Assembly (NCBI GenBank): GCA_963744735.1
Contig: CAVUVH010000006.1
Span: 50,688-114,687, forward strand
Source: an uncultured Gammaproteobacteria bacterium
GTDB taxonomy: Bacteria > Pseudomonadota > Gammaproteobacteria > Steroidobacterales > Steroidobacteraceae
Reading direction: 5' to 3'
DNA length: 64,000 bases
Shown: piece by piece, positions 11,407 through 22,629 of the stretch
Position numbering within the stretch: position 1 is the stretch's first letter
Layout of the letters: each line of letters opens with the position of its first letter
Position numbers and translations under genes: made by a program
Notes under the pieces: generated by a model
What the model was told of the DNA's origin: nothing
Seen by the model: only the letters and a program-made list of their open reading frames with translations
Database searches by the model: none

Positions 11407-14400
11407 CTACCCGGCCCAGGCCCTGGCATTGCGGAACATCCGCATCCAGCCGCCGTCCTCGCCCCAGCTTTCCGGATGCCACGAGTTCTGCACGGTGCGG
11501 TAGACGCGCTCGGGGTGCGGCATCAGGATCGTCACGCGGCCGTCGACGGTCGTGAGCCCGGTGATGCCCGCGGGTGAGCCGTTGGGGTTCGACGGATACG
11601 TCGCCGCAACCTCGCCGTGGTTGTCGACCCAGCGCAGGCTGACCAGCCCGCTGTTGGCGCAGTCCCGTTCGGCCGCTTCGTTCCTGAACTCCGCCCTGCC
11701 CTCGCCGTGCGCCACCGCGATCGGCAGCACCGAGCCTTCCATGCCACGGAAGAAGATCGACGGCGTCGGCAGCACTTCGACCAGCCCGACGCGGCCCTCG
11801 AACTGCTCCGAACGATTGCGCACGAATCGTGGCCAGTGCGCGGCGCCGGGGATCAGCGGCTGCAGCGTGGACATCATCTGGCAGCCGTTGCAGACACCGA
11901 GCGCGAAGCTGTCGGGCCGCGCAAAGAAGGCCGCGAACTGCTCGCGCAGCTCTTCGTTGAACAGGATCGACTTGGCCCAGCCTTCGCCGGCGCCGAGCAC
12001 GTCGCCGTAGGAGAACCCGCCGCAGGCGACCAGGCCGCGGTAACGCTCGAGTTCCGTCCGGCCAGCGATCAGGTCGGTCATGTGCACGTCGATGGGACGG
12101 AAACCCGCGCGGTCGAAGGCGGCTGCCATCTCGAGCTGGCTGTTGACGCCCTGCTCGCGCAGGATCGCGATCTCGGGGCGTGCGCCACGCGCGATGTACG
12201 GCGCCGCGACGTCCTCGGCCGGGTCGAAGCTCAGCGTGGCGAACAGGCCGGGATCCTTCGAGTCGAGGACCTGCTCGTGTTCTTCCCGGGCGCAGGCCGG
12301 GTTGTCGCGCAGCGCCTGCATCCGGTAACTCGTTTCCGACCAGGCGGCGCGCAGTTCGGTGCGGGTCGCGTCCAGCACGCCGGTTCCGGCGGCATCCTCG
12401 ATCACGATGCGGTCGAAGGCCTCGACCGTGCCCAGCTCGTGCACCATCGCGCCGAGGCCCGCGGCAGCGAATACGGCTTGCACGTCGGCAAGGCGCGCCG
12501 CCGCCACCTGCAGCACCGCGCCGAGTTCCTCGCTGAACAGTTCGGCCACGGCCTCGGCCTGGCCGCGGGCCCGCAGCTGAGATCGTCAGGCCGCAGTGGC
12601 CGGCAAACGCCATCTCGGCCAGCGTGGCGAACAGCCCGCCGTCGGAACGGTCGTGATACGCCAGCAGCAGCCCGCGCCGGCGCAGTTCGAGCACGCAGTC
12701 GACGAAGGCGCGCAGCCGCTGCGGATCGTCGCAATCCGGCGGCACGTCGCCGATGCGGCCGTAGACCTGCGCCAGGCACGAGGCGCCGAGGCGGTTCCTG
12801 CCCGCGCCCAGGTCGACCAGCAGCAGGCGCGTCGCGCCCTGGTCGAGCCGCAGCTGCGGCGTCAGCGTGCGGCGCACGTCCGCGACCGGGGCGAACGCGG
12901 AAACGATCAGCGACACCGGCGACACGACCTTGCGCGGGCCGTCGTGCGCGGTCCACGCCGTCTTCATCGACAGCGAATCCTTGCCGACCGGGATGGCGAT
13001 GCCGAGCGCCGGGCAGAATTCCTCGCCGACGGCGCGCACGGTGTCGTAGAGGTCCGCGTCCTCGCCCGGCTCGCCGCAGGCGGCCATCCAGTTGGCGGAC
13101 AGCCGGATCTCCTCGATGCGGGCGATGTCGGCCGCCACGATGTTGGTCACTGCCTCCGCCACCGCCATGCGGCCCGAGGCCGCGGCGTCGAGCAGCGCCA
13201 CCGGCGTGCGCTCACCCATCGCCATGGCTTCGCCGCGGGTCGAGAAGTAGTCGGAGATGGTCACGGCCACGTCGCTGACCGGCACCTGCCACGGCCCCAC
13301 CAGCGGGTCGCGGCTGATCATGCCGCCGACCGAGCGGTCGCCGATCGTGACCAGGAAGGTCTTGTCCGCCACCGTCGGCAGGCTCAGCACGCGCAACGCG
13401 GCCTCGCGCAGGTCGGGGACGTCGGCGGCGGTGAAGCCGTCGCCCGCGTGCGGCAGGCGCCGCACGTCGCGCGTCATCCGCGGCGGCTTGCCGAGCAGCG
13501 TCTCGAGCGGCATGTCGACCGGGGTGTTGCCGAACAGCGGGTCGTCGACCCGCAGGCGCGCATCGTCGGTGACATCACCCACGACGGCGAACGGGCAGCG
13601 TTCGCGGTCGCAGAGTGCGCCGAACGCCGCCAGTTGCGCGGCCGCGATCACCAGCACGTAACGCTCCTGCGACTCGTTGCACCACAGCTCGAGCGGCGAC
13701 ATGCCCGGCTCGTCGCTCAGGATCCGGCGCAGGTCGATGCGGCCACCGGTTTCGCCGTGGTGCACCGACTCCGGGATCGCATTCGACAGGCCGCCCGCGC
13801 CCACGTCGTGGATCAGCAGGATCGGGTTGTCGTCGCCCATCGCCCAGCAGGCGTCGATCACTTCCTGCGCGCGCCGCTGCATCTCGGGGTTGCCGCGCTG
13901 CACCGAGGCAAAATCGAGGTCGGCCGAACTCGAGCCGGCGCCCATCGACGAGGCCGCGCCGCCGCCGAGGCCGATCAGCAGCGACGGGCCGCCGAGCACC
14001 ACGATCTTCGCGCCCGGCACGACCGGCGCCTTCTCGACGTGCGCGCGGCGGATGTTGCCGAGCCCGCCGGCGATCATGATCGGCTTGTGATAGCCGCGCA
14101 GCGGCGAGCGCCCGGGCGATTCCACCCGCTGCTCGAACGTGCGGAAGTAGCCGTAGATGTTGGGGCGGCCGAACTCGTTGTTGAACGCCGCGGCGCCGAT
14201 CGGGCCCTCGAGCATGATCTGCAGCGCAGGCACGATGCGCTCGGGCTTGCCGAAATCCCGCTCCCACGGCCGCTCGTAGCCGGGTATGCGCAGGTTCGAC
14301 ACCGAGAAGCCGACCAGGCCCGCCTTGGGCTTGGAGCCGCGGCCGGTCGCGCCTTCGTCGCGGATTTCGCCGCCCGAGCCGGTGGCGGCGCCGGGAAACG

Positions 14401-15313
14401 GCGAGATCGCCGTCGGGTGGTTGTGCGTTTCCACCTTCATCAGGATGTCGATCTGCTCGTCCGAGCCCTCGTACACGCCGTCGCCGGCCTGTGCGAACCA
14501 GCGCCGGCCAGGCCAGCCGGCGATCACGGCCGCATTGTCGCGATAGGCCGACAGCACGCCGTCCGGGCTGACGCGATGCGTGTTGCGGATCATGCCGAAC
14601 AGCGACTTCTCGCTGCGCTCGCCGTCGACGATCCAGTCGGCATTGAAGATCTTGTGGCGGCAGTGCTCGGAATTGGCCTGCGCGAACATCATCAGCTCGA
14701 CATCGGCCGGATCGCGCCGCAGCTGCTGCGTGAAGGCGTCGACCAGGTAGTCGATCTCGTCGTCCGACAGCGCCAGGCCAAGTTCCTGGTTGGCCCGCTC
14801 GAGCGCCACCCTGCCCTGCGCCAGCACCGGCACGGTGGCGAGCGGCTGCGGCGTGTGATGCGCAAACAGCCCGACCGCGGCGGCCAGCGAATCGAGCACG
14901 TTCTCGGTCATGCGGTCGTGGATCACCGCCGAGACTTCGCGCCGCTCGTCGAGCGTGAGCGGCCGCGGCGCGCTCACGTACCAGGCCACGCCGCGCTCGA
15001 TGCGCAGGACGTCGGCGAGTCCGCAGACGTGCGCGATGTCCGTGGCCTTGGACGACCACGGCGACACCGTGCCGAAGCGCGGCACGACCAGCAGCAACTC
15101 ACCCTGTGGAGCGCCGGCCTGCGTCGCAGGCCCGTAGTGCAGCAGGGCTTCGACGACACGGGTGGCCGCGTCCGTCAGCGGCGCCGAGGTGTCGACGAAG
15201 TGCTGGTAGCGCGTGTCGACGGCCTGGACCTGCGGCACCCGGACGCGAACGGCGGCGAGGACCTTGTCGAGGCGGAAATCGGAAAGCGCGGGTGCGCCGC
15301 TGAAGATGAGCAT
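11407..15313 (-). CDS. purL: phosphoribosylformylglycinamidine synthase, large single-chain type (one frame break)
   Basis: ORF 11396..15313(-) begins [22 protein letters not shown]... and runs to ...[28 protein letters not shown]. The glutaminase C-part is in ORF 11407..12549 (...[25 protein letters not shown]...[10 protein letters not shown]...MPHPERV). Break at about 12575-12580. Confidence 0.95.
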
Positions 15314-15409
15314 GAGCGAGGGCGGCCGCCGGTCGAAAGTGAGCCGCGAATGATACCGGACGGGACCTGACCGGGCCAGCGCAGGGCGGCGTAAGGCCCT
15401 GCTGCTGCT

Positions 15410-15757
15410 CTATTTTTCGCGCGATCCCGGGCCGCCCGGCGGCGGATAGACCGGGAACGGGAACTGCGCCACGTTGGAGCCTGCGTCGGCGCTGGAAACC
15501 TTGCTGGTGCCGGACTTGCGCACCTCGTCGATACGGATGATCGAGTGCAGCGGCAGGTAGGTCCGCTTCACGCCCGCGAACTCGGTCTGGATCTTCTCCT
15601 CGGAGGGGTCGACGACCACGGTCGACTTCTCGCCGAAGATCAGTTCCTCGACTTCGATGAAGCCGAACATCGAGCCATGCCCCACCTTGCGGGCATAAAG
15701 CTCGAACACCTTGCCCTGGTTGTGGAAAATGACCTTGAAAATGTGACTGGAGGCCAT
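15410..15757 (-). CDS. DUF1820 family protein
   Basis: Intact 115-aa ORF MASSHIFKVIFHNQGKVFELYARKVGHGSMFGFIEVEELIFGEKSTVVVDPSEEKIQTEFAGVKRTYLPLHSIIRIDEV, matching the DUF1820 pattern commonly found beside purL in gammaproteobacteria. Confidence 0.8.
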   Translation of the reverse strand: MASSHIFKVIFHNQGKVFELYARKVGHGSMFGFIEVEELIFGEKSTVVVDPSEEKIQTEFAGVKRTYLPLHSIIRIDEVRKSGTSKVSSADAGSNVAQFPFPVYPPPGGPGSREK

Positions 15758-15894
15758 GGGGCCGGCACGCCTTGCGTGTTAGGGTCGGCGCATATTACAA
15801 GGGTCGCGGACCAGCGTCAGCGGCAGCGGGCCGACCGATGCGCCGGCCGATGAGTTAGATTGGAAGCCTCCGCGCCGCCAGTGCCCATTGCAAC

Positions 15895-17317
15895 ATGGCC
15901 ATCAAACTCCGCGTCATCAGCGAACAATACCGCGACCTGGGCGACAGCCGCTCGCGCGTCTTCGGCGTCAACGGCGGCACCGTCGGCCGTGCGCCCGACA
16001 ACGACTGGGTGCTGCCGGATCCGCGCCGCGTCGTGTCGGGGCACCACTTCCAGGTGCTGTTCCATGGCGGCAAGTACTGGCTGGTCGACACCAGCACCAA
16101 CGGCGTCTTCGTCAACGATGCCGAAGAGCCGGCGTCCGTCGCGGGCCGCACCGAACTGCGCGACGGCGACCGCCTGCGCATGGGCGATTACGACATCCTG
16201 GTCAGCGTGGACAACCGCATCGACTTCCTGCCCGCCGCGGGCGAGGAGCAGTCGGCCACGAAGCACATGGACTCGGACATCGGCCACAGCCTCGACCTCG
16301 ACAGCCTGCTGTCGCCGCGCGATCCCGGGCGAGTCGAACTCGGGGTCGGTGGGCAACGCCTTCGGCGTCCGGCTCAACGCCGAGGCGCGCGCCAACCTGC
16401 TGGAAACCCTGCAGCGCTCCGTAGACACGCTCGGCGAGTCCGCCCCGGAGACTCCGGCGCACCTTGCGACCGGGCGGCACGATTCGGCCGTGCCATCGAG
16501 CGAACCGCCGCTGACGTCCACGCGTACGGCGATGCCGCCGCTGCCCGCCCGCGGCGGCGCGGAGCCCGCGCCTGCCAGTCCGGACTGGGCGCTGCGCACG
16601 CGCCAGATCACCCAGGAAGAACTGGCCGACGCCCTCGCCCGGCGCAAGAGCCGGGTCGAAGCGCGCGAGCGTTCGATCCCGTTTCACCAGCAGGCGAGCA
16701 CCTGGACGGACCTGCGCTCCGCGGCGCAGGCGTTCTGCCGCGGTGCCGGCATCGATCCCGCATCGCTGTCGCCGGAAGCGCTGGCCATGCTGCCGCTGGT
16801 GGCCGGCCAGCTGCTGCGCGAGGCCGTGGTCGGACTGAACGACATCGCGCAGTCACGCGGCACCGGCGTGATCGGCACGGCACTCGCCGCGGTGCCCGTG
16901 ACGCCCGGCAGCAACAGCAATCCCCTGCGCTCGTCCAGCAGCATCGAGCAGGCCTTGCAGCGGCTGTTCGAATCGCACGGACGCCTGTATGCCGGCCCGG
17001 TCGAAGCGCTGCGCGACGTGCTGCAGGACGCGCGCGACCACGAGCAGGCGCTGGCGGCAGGGATGAAGTCCGGCCTGGACGCGATGCTCGGACAGCTGGC
17101 GCCGGCCAGCGTGGCGGACCAGTTCGAGCAGGGCCGGTCGCGCACGCTGGCGCCGGGACAGGACCCGCGCCCGCGCTACTGGGAACATTATTCCGAGCTG
17201 TATCGACTGCTGGCCCAGCCGTCGGGCCCGGCCGAACTGCCGCGTCCCTTCATCGACGCGTTCGAGCAGGAATACGTGCGCGTGCGGGCCGAGCTGCGCC
17301 AGAAGCGCCCGACCTGA
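15895..17317 (+). CDS. FHA-domain protein of the type VI secretion-associated TagH (Fha1/ImpI) type (one frame break)
   Basis: N-terminal FHA domain in ORF 15895..17391 (GGTVGRAPDNDWVLPDPRRVVSGHHFQVLFHGGKYWLVDTSTNGVFVN). TagH-like C-part in ORF 15860..17317 (...AFCRGAGIDPASLSPEALAMLPLVAGQLLREAVVGLNDIAQSR...NSNPLRSSSSIEQALQRLF...HEQALAAGMKSGLDAML...). The break is in CCCGGG at 16324-16329. Confidence 0.7.
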
Positions 17318-17341
17318 GCGCGGCGCAGGAGCCACCGCCCC

Positions 17342-18895
17342 GTGACCGAAACGTCCGTCATCGCCCGCCTCGGACGTTCCGGCCACCGTGAAGCGCGCCG
17401 CGCGGCCCGCTCGCAGCGCGCGGCGCTCAAGCTGCCGTACATCCGCCGCGCGCTGCCGGAGGTCGAGCTGCTGAGCAGCGAGGCGGCCGCGGTCATCGAG
17501 CACAACGCCGAGACGATCCTCGAGGAAATCGGCATCGAGTTCCGTCGCGACCCCGAGTCCCTGCGGCTCTGGCGTGACGCCGGCGCGGACGTGAGTGGCG
17601 AGCGTGTGCGCATTCCGCGCGGCATGGCGCGGCAGCTGCTGCGGACGGCGCCGCGCGAGTTCGAGCTGCACGCGCGCAACCCGGCCCGCTCGGTGCGGTT
17701 TGGCGGCAACGCCACCGTGTTCTCGCCGGTCGGCGGACCGCCCTTCGTCGCCGACCTCGACCACGGTCGCCGCTACGGCACGCTCGCCGACCTGCACAAC
17801 TTCATCAAGCTGGCGCAGATGGCGCCCGCGATCCACTTCAGTGGCGGCTGCATGGTCGAGCCGATGGACGTGCCGGAGGGCAAGCGTCACCTCGACGTGC
17901 AGTACGCGTTCTTCCGCTACAGCGACCAGGGCTGCGAAGGCACGCCCGAGACGCCGGGTCACGCCGCCGATGCGCTGCGCATGGCGCAACTCGTGTTCGG
18001 CGCGGACTTCGTCGACTCCCATTGCGTGCTGCTCGGCAACATCAACTCCAACTCGCCGCTGACCTTCGACGGCCGCATGCTCGGCGCACTGCGCGCCTTC
18101 GCGGCCCACGGGCAGGGAGTGATCGTGGTGCCCGCCGTGCTCGCCGGCGCGATGGGACCGGTGACGCCGGCCGGCTGCATGGCCGAGCTGCTGGCGGAAA
18201 CGCTGGCCGGCATGGCGCTGACGCAGCTGGTGCGGCCGGGTGCGCCGGTGATCATGGGCTCGTTCGTCGGCGCCATCTCCATGCGCACCGGCGCGCCCAC
18301 CTTCGGCACGGCCGAGGCCACGCAGATGATCTTCGCCACGGCGCAGCTCGCGCGGCGGCTCGGCGTGCCCTGCCGCAGCGGCGGCTCGCTGTGCTCGTCG
18401 AAGATGGCCGACGCACAGGCGGCCTACGAAAGCGCGCACACGCTGCTGCCGACCCTGCTCGCGGGCGTCAACCTGGTGACGCACGCCGCCGGCTGGCTCG
18501 AGGGCGGGCTGGTCGCCAGCTACGAGAAGTTCGTCATGGATGCCGACCAGCTCGCAATGATGCAGGCGCTGGCCGGCGGCATGGACCTCTCGCCGCGCGG
18601 ACAGGCGCTCGATGCCATCCGCGAGGTAGGCCCTGGCGGGCACTTCCTCGGCTGCGCGCACACGCAGGAGAACTTCGAGGCGGCGTTTCACCAGTCGAAC
18701 ATCGCCGACTACTCTTCCTACGAGCAATGGTCGAGCGAGGGCCGCCTGAGCGCCGAGCAGCGCGCGAATGCGGTATGGAAACGCATGCTGGCGGAGTACG
18801 AAGACCCCGGGCTCGACCCGGCCGTGGATGAAGCGCTGCAGGCATTCATGACCGAACGCCGCGCGGTCCTCGCCGACAGCCTCGACGAGGACTGA
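17342..18895 (+). CDS. trimethylamine methyltransferase (MttB) superfamily protein, non-pyrrolysine type
   Basis: Intact 517-aa ORF with a GTG start and MttB-family length and pattern (...IHFSGGCMVEPMDVPEGKRHLD...GAPTFGTAEATQM...GGHFLGCAHTQENF...). There is no in-frame TAG. Confidence 0.8.
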   Translation: MTETSVIARLGRSGHREARRAARSQRAALKLPYIRRALPEVELLSSEAAAVIEHNAETILEEIGIEFRRDPESLRLWRDAGADVSGERVRIPRGMARQLLRTAPREFELHARNPARSVRFGGNATVFSPVGGPPFVADLDHGRRYGTLADLHNFIKLAQMAPAIHFSGGCMVEPMDVPEGKRHLDVQYAFFRYSDQGCEGTPETPGHAADALRMAQLVFGADFVDSHCVLLGNINSNSPLTFDGRMLGALRAFAAHGQGVIVVPAVLAGAMGPVTPAGCMAELLAETLAGMALTQLVRPGAPVIMGSFVGAISMRTGAPTFGTAEATQMIFATAQLARRLGVPCRSGGSLCSSKMADAQAAYESAHTLLPTLLAGVNLVTHAAGWLEGGLVASYEKFVMDADQLAMMQALAGGMDLSPRGQALDAIREVGPGGHFLGCAHTQENFEAAFHQSNIADYSSYEQWSSEGRLSAEQRANAVWKRMLAEYEDPGLDPAVDEALQAFMTERRAVLADSLDED

Positions 18896-18901
18896 CGCGG
18901 C

Positions 18902-21319
18902 ATGCAGAGTCACTATCGCGTGGTCGTGATCGGCGGCGGCATCGTGGGTGCCAGCGTGCTGTATCACCTGGCGCGCAAGGGCTGGACGGACATCGCGCTG
19001 ATCGAGCGCGCCGAACTCACGGCCGGTTCCACCTGGCACGCCGCGGCCGGCTTCCATGCGATCAACGACGACCCGCACATCGCCGCGCTGCAGGCCTACA
19101 CGATCAAGCTGTACCGGGAGATCGAGGCGGAGAGCGGCCAGAGCGTCGGCATGCACATGCCGGGCGGCTACAGCCTGGCCACGACGCCCGAGCGCTGGGA
19201 ATGGCTGCAGTCCGAATACGCCGTCTACCAGACGCTCGGCATCGATGCGCGCCTGGCCACGGCGGAGGAAATCGTCGCCGCCTGCCCGATCGTCGATCCC
19301 ACCGGTTTGCTCGGCGGACTGTTCGATCCGCACGAAGGCGCGGTCGATCCACACGGCACCACGCACGCCTTTGCCATCGCCGCACGCAGGCGCGGCGCGG
19401 AGGTGATCCTGCGCAACCGGGTCACCGGCCTCACGCCGCACGCCGAAGGCTGGTCGGTCGCCACCGAGCACGGCACGATCGTCGCGCAGCACGTGATCAA
19501 CGCGGGCGGACTGTGGGCGCGGCGCGTGGGCCGCATGGCGGGCGTCGACCTGCCGCTGACGCCGATGCAGCACCACTACCTGATCACCGAGGACCTGCCC
19601 GAGCTGCTCGCACGCAAGGACGAGATGCCGTGCGTGACCGACCTCGAAGGATTCACGTACCTGCAGCAGGAGCGCAAGGGCGTGATCCTGGGCGTGTACG
19701 AGCGCAACCCGCGCCACTGGAAGACCGAGGGCGCCGACTGGGACTACGGCATGGAACTGCTGCCGGAGGACATCGACCGCATCAGCCCCGAACTGCTGAT
19801 CGGCTTCAGGCGCTTCCCGACGCTCGAGCGCGCCGGCATCCGCAAGTGGGTGAACGGCGCGTTCACCTTCACCCCCGACGGCAACCCACTGGTGGGCCCG
19901 GTGCCGGGCCTGCGCAACTTCTGGGCCGCCTGCGGCTGCATGGGCGGCTTTTCGCAGGGCGGCGCGATCGGCAAGGTGCTGGCGGACTGGCTGGTCGAGG
20001 GCGATCCGGGCACCGACATCTTCGGCATGGACGTCGCGCGCTATGGCAGCTTCGCGAGCAACGACAGCTACCTGCGCGACACCACGGCGCAGTTCTACGC
20101 GCGGCGTTTCGTCATCGCCTACCCCAACGAAGAACTGCCCGCGGGACGACCTCTCAAGACGACGCCGAGCTACGCAGCGCAGCAGGCGCTGGGTGCGCGG
20201 TTCGGCGTGGTCTGGGGCATGGAGTCCCCGCAGTACTACGCGACAGGCGAGCCGGATTTCGTCGAACCGCCGACGCTTGCGGCGCTCCGCGGCCGATCGC
20301 TTCGTCGCGGCCGAAGTGGCGGCGACACGCACCGCCGCCGGCCTGCTCGACACGGGCGTCTATGCGCGCTACGAAGTGCAGCGGCCCCGGCGCCGGGCGC
20401 TGGCTCGATCACCTGCTCGCCTCGCGCCTGCCCGAGGTGGGCCGCATCCGCCTGGCACCGATGCTGAACCCCGCCGGACGGCTGATGGGTGACCTCACCG
20501 TCACCCGGCTCGACCCGGATCGCTACTGGCTGGTCGGCTCGTACTACCTGCAGGAGTGGCACCTGCGCTGGTTCCGCGAGCACCTGCCCGCCGAGCGGCG
20601 TGGAGATCGAGAACCTGTCGGAGAGCTGGCTCGGCTTTTCACTCTCCGGGCCGCGCGCGCGCGAAATCCTGGCGGCACTCACGCCCGGCGACGTGTCCGA
20701 TCGCGGCCTGCCGTTCATGGGCTGTGCGTCGATCGAAGTGGCGGGCCTCCCCGCCGTCGTGGCGCGCCTGTCGCTGACCGGCGAACTCGGCTACGAGATC
20801 AACGTGCCGGCCCTGCGTCAGCATGAACTGTGGCAGGCACTGATCGCGGCGGGCACGCCGCTCGGGATGCGGCCGATCGGCATGCGCGCGCAGGACAGCC
20901 TGCGTCTCGAGAAAGGCTACGGCGTCTGGTCGCTGGAATTCTCGACCTCGTGCACGCCGGCGATGGCGGGCCTCGACCGCTTCGTGGCCGCTGGCAAGGG
21001 CGACTTCATCGGACGCGATGCGTTCGTCGCGGCGCAGGCAGCGGCTCCACCGCAGCGACTGGCGCTGCTGCAGGTCGATTCGCCCGAAGCCGACGCCACG
21101 GGCTACGAGCCGGTCTACCGCGGTGATCGTCGCATCGGCTACGTCACCTCCGGCGCGTACGGACACCACGTGCGGCAAAGCCTCGCGCTGGCTTACATCG
21201 ACACCGATGCCTGCCAGACCCGCGAGCCGCTCACGGTCACGATCATCGGCCAGCCGCGACCGGCGCGGATCCTGCCCGCCCCTCCGTATGACCCTGCCGG
21301 CACACGGCTGCGTGGCTGA
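18902..21319 (+). CDS. FAD-dependent oxidoreductase fused to a GcvT-type folate-binding domain (dimethylglycine/sarcosine dehydrogenase family; three frame breaks)
   Basis: ORF 18902..20467 begins MQSHYRVVVIGGGIVGASVLYHLARKGW... (DAO domain). The sequence continues through the frames of ORFs 20043..20492 and 19201..20826 (...GRIRLAPMLNPAGRLMGDLTVTRL...) and ends in ORF 20489..21319 (...LSLTGELGYEINVPA...MRAQDSLRLEKGYGVW...GYVTSGAYGHH...). Breaks at about 20279, 20385 and 20596. Confidence 0.8.
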
Positions 21320-21370
21320 ACGCATGCACCGACCGCCGAGTCCCGCAACGTCCAGCCCAGGCGATGCCGC

Positions 21371-22625
21371 ATGAAAGTCCGCTGGACGATATTCCTGTTC
21401 ATGTGCGCCTTCGCGATGATGGCGTACCTGCAGCGCACCAGCCTGGGCGTGGCCGCGCAGAACATCATGCCGGACCTGCATCTCTCGCAGCTGCAGATCG
21501 GCTGGCTCAACGCCGCCTTCGCCACCTGTTACGCGCTGGCACAGCTGCCGGGCGGCATCGTCGGACAGCAGTACGGCGCGCGGCTTGACGCTGAGCATGG
21601 TCGGGCTGTTCGGGCTCATTGCGACCCTGGCGACGCCGCTGGCGCCAATGGTGCTCGGCGGCACCGCGCTGTTCGTCGCCCTGCTCGCGGTGCAGGGCCT
21701 GCTGGGGCTGTCGCAGGGCCCGGTGTTTCCGATGGTGGCCGCGGTCCTGCAGACCTGGTTTCCGCAACGGCAGTGGGCCGTCACCAACGGCCTGAACTCG
21801 CTCGGCGCCAACATCGGGGGTGCGATGACGGCGCCGCTGGTCGTGATCCTGACGCTGCATTTCGGCTGGCAGGGCGCGCTGCTGTGGATCGCGCTGCCGA
21901 CGGCGCTGCTGACCGCGGCCTGGGCCTGGTACGGACGCGACACGCCGCAAGGGCACCCGCGCGTCAAGCCGGAGGAACTGGCCGAGCTCGATGCCGGCGA
22001 CCTGCAGAAGCCGCCGCCGATGACGCTCGCGCGCCTGCGCCGGATCATCGGCCAGCGTGACGTGCAACTGCTGACGTTCTCGTACTTCTGCCTCAATTAC
22101 GTGTTCTACCTGCTGGGGACGTGGTCCTTCCTGTACCTGGTGCAGGAGCGCAGCTTCACCGGGCTCGAAAGCGGCTTCGCCGGCATGCTGCCGTGGATCG
22201 GCGCGGGCATCGGCGCCGGTATCGGTGGCTACCTCTCGGACCGCCTGGCCCAGCGGCTGGGCTTTCGCTGGGGCTACCGCCTGGTGCCGCTGGTGTCGCT
22301 GCCGCTCGCGGGCCTGCTGCTGCTGGCCGCGGTCGGTGTCTCGGCGCCGTACATGGCGGTGCTCGCGCTGATGGCGACGTTCTTCATGATCGAACTGAAC
22401 GAGGGCGCGTACTGGGCCACGACGATGCGTGTCGCCCGCGCCGACACGGGCGCGGCGACCGGCGTGCTCAACACGGGCGGCAATTTTGCCGGTATCGTTT
22501 CCGCGCCGATCGTGGCGGGCTTGTCCGGTGCCGGCCACTGGCCCCTCGCCTTCATGCTCGGCACCGCGTTCGCACTGGCGGGCGCGGCCTGCTGGCTGAT
22601 CCTGGATCCGGATCGAAGGGTATAG
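21371..22625 (+). CDS. MFS transporter (one frame break)
   Basis: ORF 21371..22060 gives the N-part ([62 protein letters not shown]). The remainder is in ORF 21585..22625, which is hydrophobic with about 12 TM segments. Break at about 21580. Confidence 0.75.
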
Positions 22626-22629
22626 GCCG

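Noticed and set aside
15895-17317. A type VI secretion gene cluster around the TagH-like gene.
   Set aside because: None of the neighbouring ORFs resembles TssA-M, Hcp, VgrG, ClpV, PpkA or PppA. The gene is isolated, and is reported as an orphan instead.
17342-18895. Pyrrolysine (in-frame UAG) in the MttB-family gene.
   Set aside because: The ORF is continuous with no internal TAG. No pylTSBCD-like genes are present in the window.
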